Below, piece after piece: positions 62,060-64,000 of a stretch of DNA of 64,000 nucleotides; the first letter of the stretch is position 1; every line of letters begins with the position of its first letter. The stretch comes from Heteronotia binoei (lineage: Eukaryota), in assembly GCF_032191835.1 (NCBI RefSeq), contig NC_083243.1:59520001-59584000 (forward strand). The letters run 5' to 3'. The translations under genes were made by a program, and so were the position numbers. Under the pieces are notes generated by a model. That model saw nothing but the letters and a program-made list of their open reading frames with translations, did no database searches and was not told where the DNA came from.

Positions 62060-62124
62060 GGGATGAAGTGGACTGGCTGGGCCATTGGCCTGATCCAACA
62101 TGGCTTCTCTTATGTTCTTATGTA
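62060..62124 (+). mobile_element. CR1 3' tail fragment
   Basis: TGGCCTGATCCAACATGGCTTCTCTTATGTTCTTA identical to the end at 23039. Confidence 0.8.
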
Positions 62125-62512
62125 AGTGCACCTGGTCAGTGTCTTTTGCTACAAACAACAGAGGATCAAGGAAGATTTTGCTGAACTTGGACTCTTGTAC
62201 AAAAGAACCAACTGTCCACAAAACATTGCTCTTGCTAGGATTTTTCCAAAGAAAGGCTAGCCATCTACAATTCAAAATTTACATCCCCTAGAGAAAAGAA
62301 AGGATAATAAACTTTTTACCCTCCTTCATGCTACAGCAGGCCACAAAACCAATTCAAGCTCACAGAGCAACGCATTCTTTCACACAGAGTTGTCAATCCC
62401 CAGCTGGAGGCACATATGGACACATGGGAAGGAATCTCTCTTGATTTCACCAATACTTTAACAATTTTCACAATTTCAGCATCAACATAAGAATGGCCTG
62501 GTCCATACAAGT

Positions 62513-63628
62513 AGAATCATAGAGTTGGAAGGGACCTCCAGGGTCATCTAGTCCAACCCCCTGGACAATGCAGGAAACTCACAAACACCCCCCCCCCCCC
62601 TAAATTCACAGGATCTTCATTGCTGTCAGATGGCCATCTAGCCTCTGTTTAAAAACCTCCAAAGAAGTAGAGCCCACCACCCCCGAGGAAGCCTGTTCCA
62701 CTGAGGAATCACTCGAACTGTCAGGAAGTTCTTCCTAATGTTGAGCTGGAAACTCTTTTGATTTAATTTCAACCCATTGGTTCTGGCCTACCTTCTGGGG
62801 TCACAGAAAACAATTCCACACCATCCTCTATATGACAGCCCTTCAAGTACTTGAAGATGGTGATCATATCACCTCTCAGCCTCCTCTCCAGGCTAAACAT
62901 GCCCAGCTTCTTCAACCTTTCTTCATAGGACTTGTTCTCCAGACCCCTCACCATCTTCGTCGCCCTCCTCTGGACCCGTTCCAGCTTGTCTATATCCTTC
63001 TTAAAATGTGGAGTCCAAAACTGAACACAATACTCCAGGTGAGGTCTTACCAGAACAGAGTAAAGCGATACCATCACTTCACGTGATCTGGACACTATAC
63101 TTCTGTTGATACAGCCCAAAATTGCATTTGCCTGTTTAGCAACAACATCACACTGTTGACTCATGTTCAGCGTATGGTCCATTAAGACCCTGAGATCCTT
63201 TTTGCACATACTACTGCTAAGACAAGTCTCCCCCATCCTAAAACCATGCATTGGATTTTCCCTACCTAAATGAAGAACTTTACATTTATCTCTGTTGAAA
63301 TTCATTTTATTGGTTTTAGACCAGTTTTCCAGCCTGTCAAGATCATCCTGTATACTGTTTCTTTATTCTACTGTATTTGCAACCCCTCCCAATTTAGTAT
63401 CATCTGCAAATTTAATAAGCATTCCCTCTATTCCTTCATCCAAATAATTGATAATGATGTTGAACAAAACAGGTCCCAGGACAGATTCTTGAGGCACTCC
63501 ACTTGTCACTCCTCTCCAAGAGGATGAGGAACCATTCACAAGCACTCTTTGGGTGTGATCTGTCAACCAGTTACAGATCCACCTAACAGTAACAGGATCC
63601 AAACCACATTTTACCAATTTGTCAACAA
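62513..63628 (-). mobile_element. CR1 LINE, 5'-truncated
   Basis: ORFs 63363-63689 ([19 protein letters not shown]) and 62769-63305; 3' end CTCTATGATTCT. Confidence 0.93.
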
Positions 63629-63629
63629 G

Positions 63630-63900
63630 TACATTTCCTGTGAAACTATGCAATGGATGCGTGAGCACCACTTTATACCAAAACCCCACAAACCACCAAA
63701 TATACCTGCATCCTTCCAGATACCACTCAGATAATATAAAACATTCAATAGTCTACAATAAAGCATTGTGCTACAACTGCATTTGCTCTAATCCATCAGA
63801 CAGGGACTATCACCTGCAAGATTTGCAAAAAGCATTTTTGAGATTGCAATACCCTCCCAGAAAAGTAAAAATGCAGATTGGAAAAAGCTATAAATACATG
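63630..63900 (+). pseudogene. Penelope-like element RT C-terminal fragment
   Basis: [59 protein letters not shown] matches the Penelope RT-to-GIY-YIG linker region as I recall it. Confidence 0.82.
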
Positions 63901-64000
63901 CAGAAAATTAATTATGCTGTTTTCAAGGTTCTCCAGTTTCTGGTAACTATTTTAACGTTCAATCACTTATTACAAGAATTATAATTTCCTTATGGCCATT

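Overview
Vertebrate nuclear DNA, not microbial. The SINE and MITE families suggest a squamate, probably a gecko (inference). The window is repeat-rich and looks intronic or intergenic, with two assembly gaps and no complete host gene. Main contents: (1) a structurally complete but frameshifted DIRS1-type tyrosine-recombinase retrotransposon (2845-8601, minus strand) with both ITRs and the internal complementary region, plus a second, divergent, 5'-truncated DIRS1 copy (about 43015-47680, minus); (2) a heavily decayed DDE transposase fossil resembling Academ (1-2310, minus), split by a hAT MITE and largely missed by the ORF track; (3) CR1, L2, L1, Penelope and Gypsy fragments, a solo LTR, tRNA- and 5S-derived SINEs, many hAT-type MITEs with 8-bp TSDs, and several fold-back elements; (4) a locally amplified tandem and inverted array of a rearranged MITE+SINE unit (11.7-16.4 kb). 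In unique sequence there are exon-like segments of an unidentified gene, notably four minus-strand frame-preserving microexon candidates (30, 12, 9, 9 nt) that stay open only in phase 0, one with its 3' splice region duplicated 1.1 kb away. All family names come from motif recognition by eye; no database search was possible.
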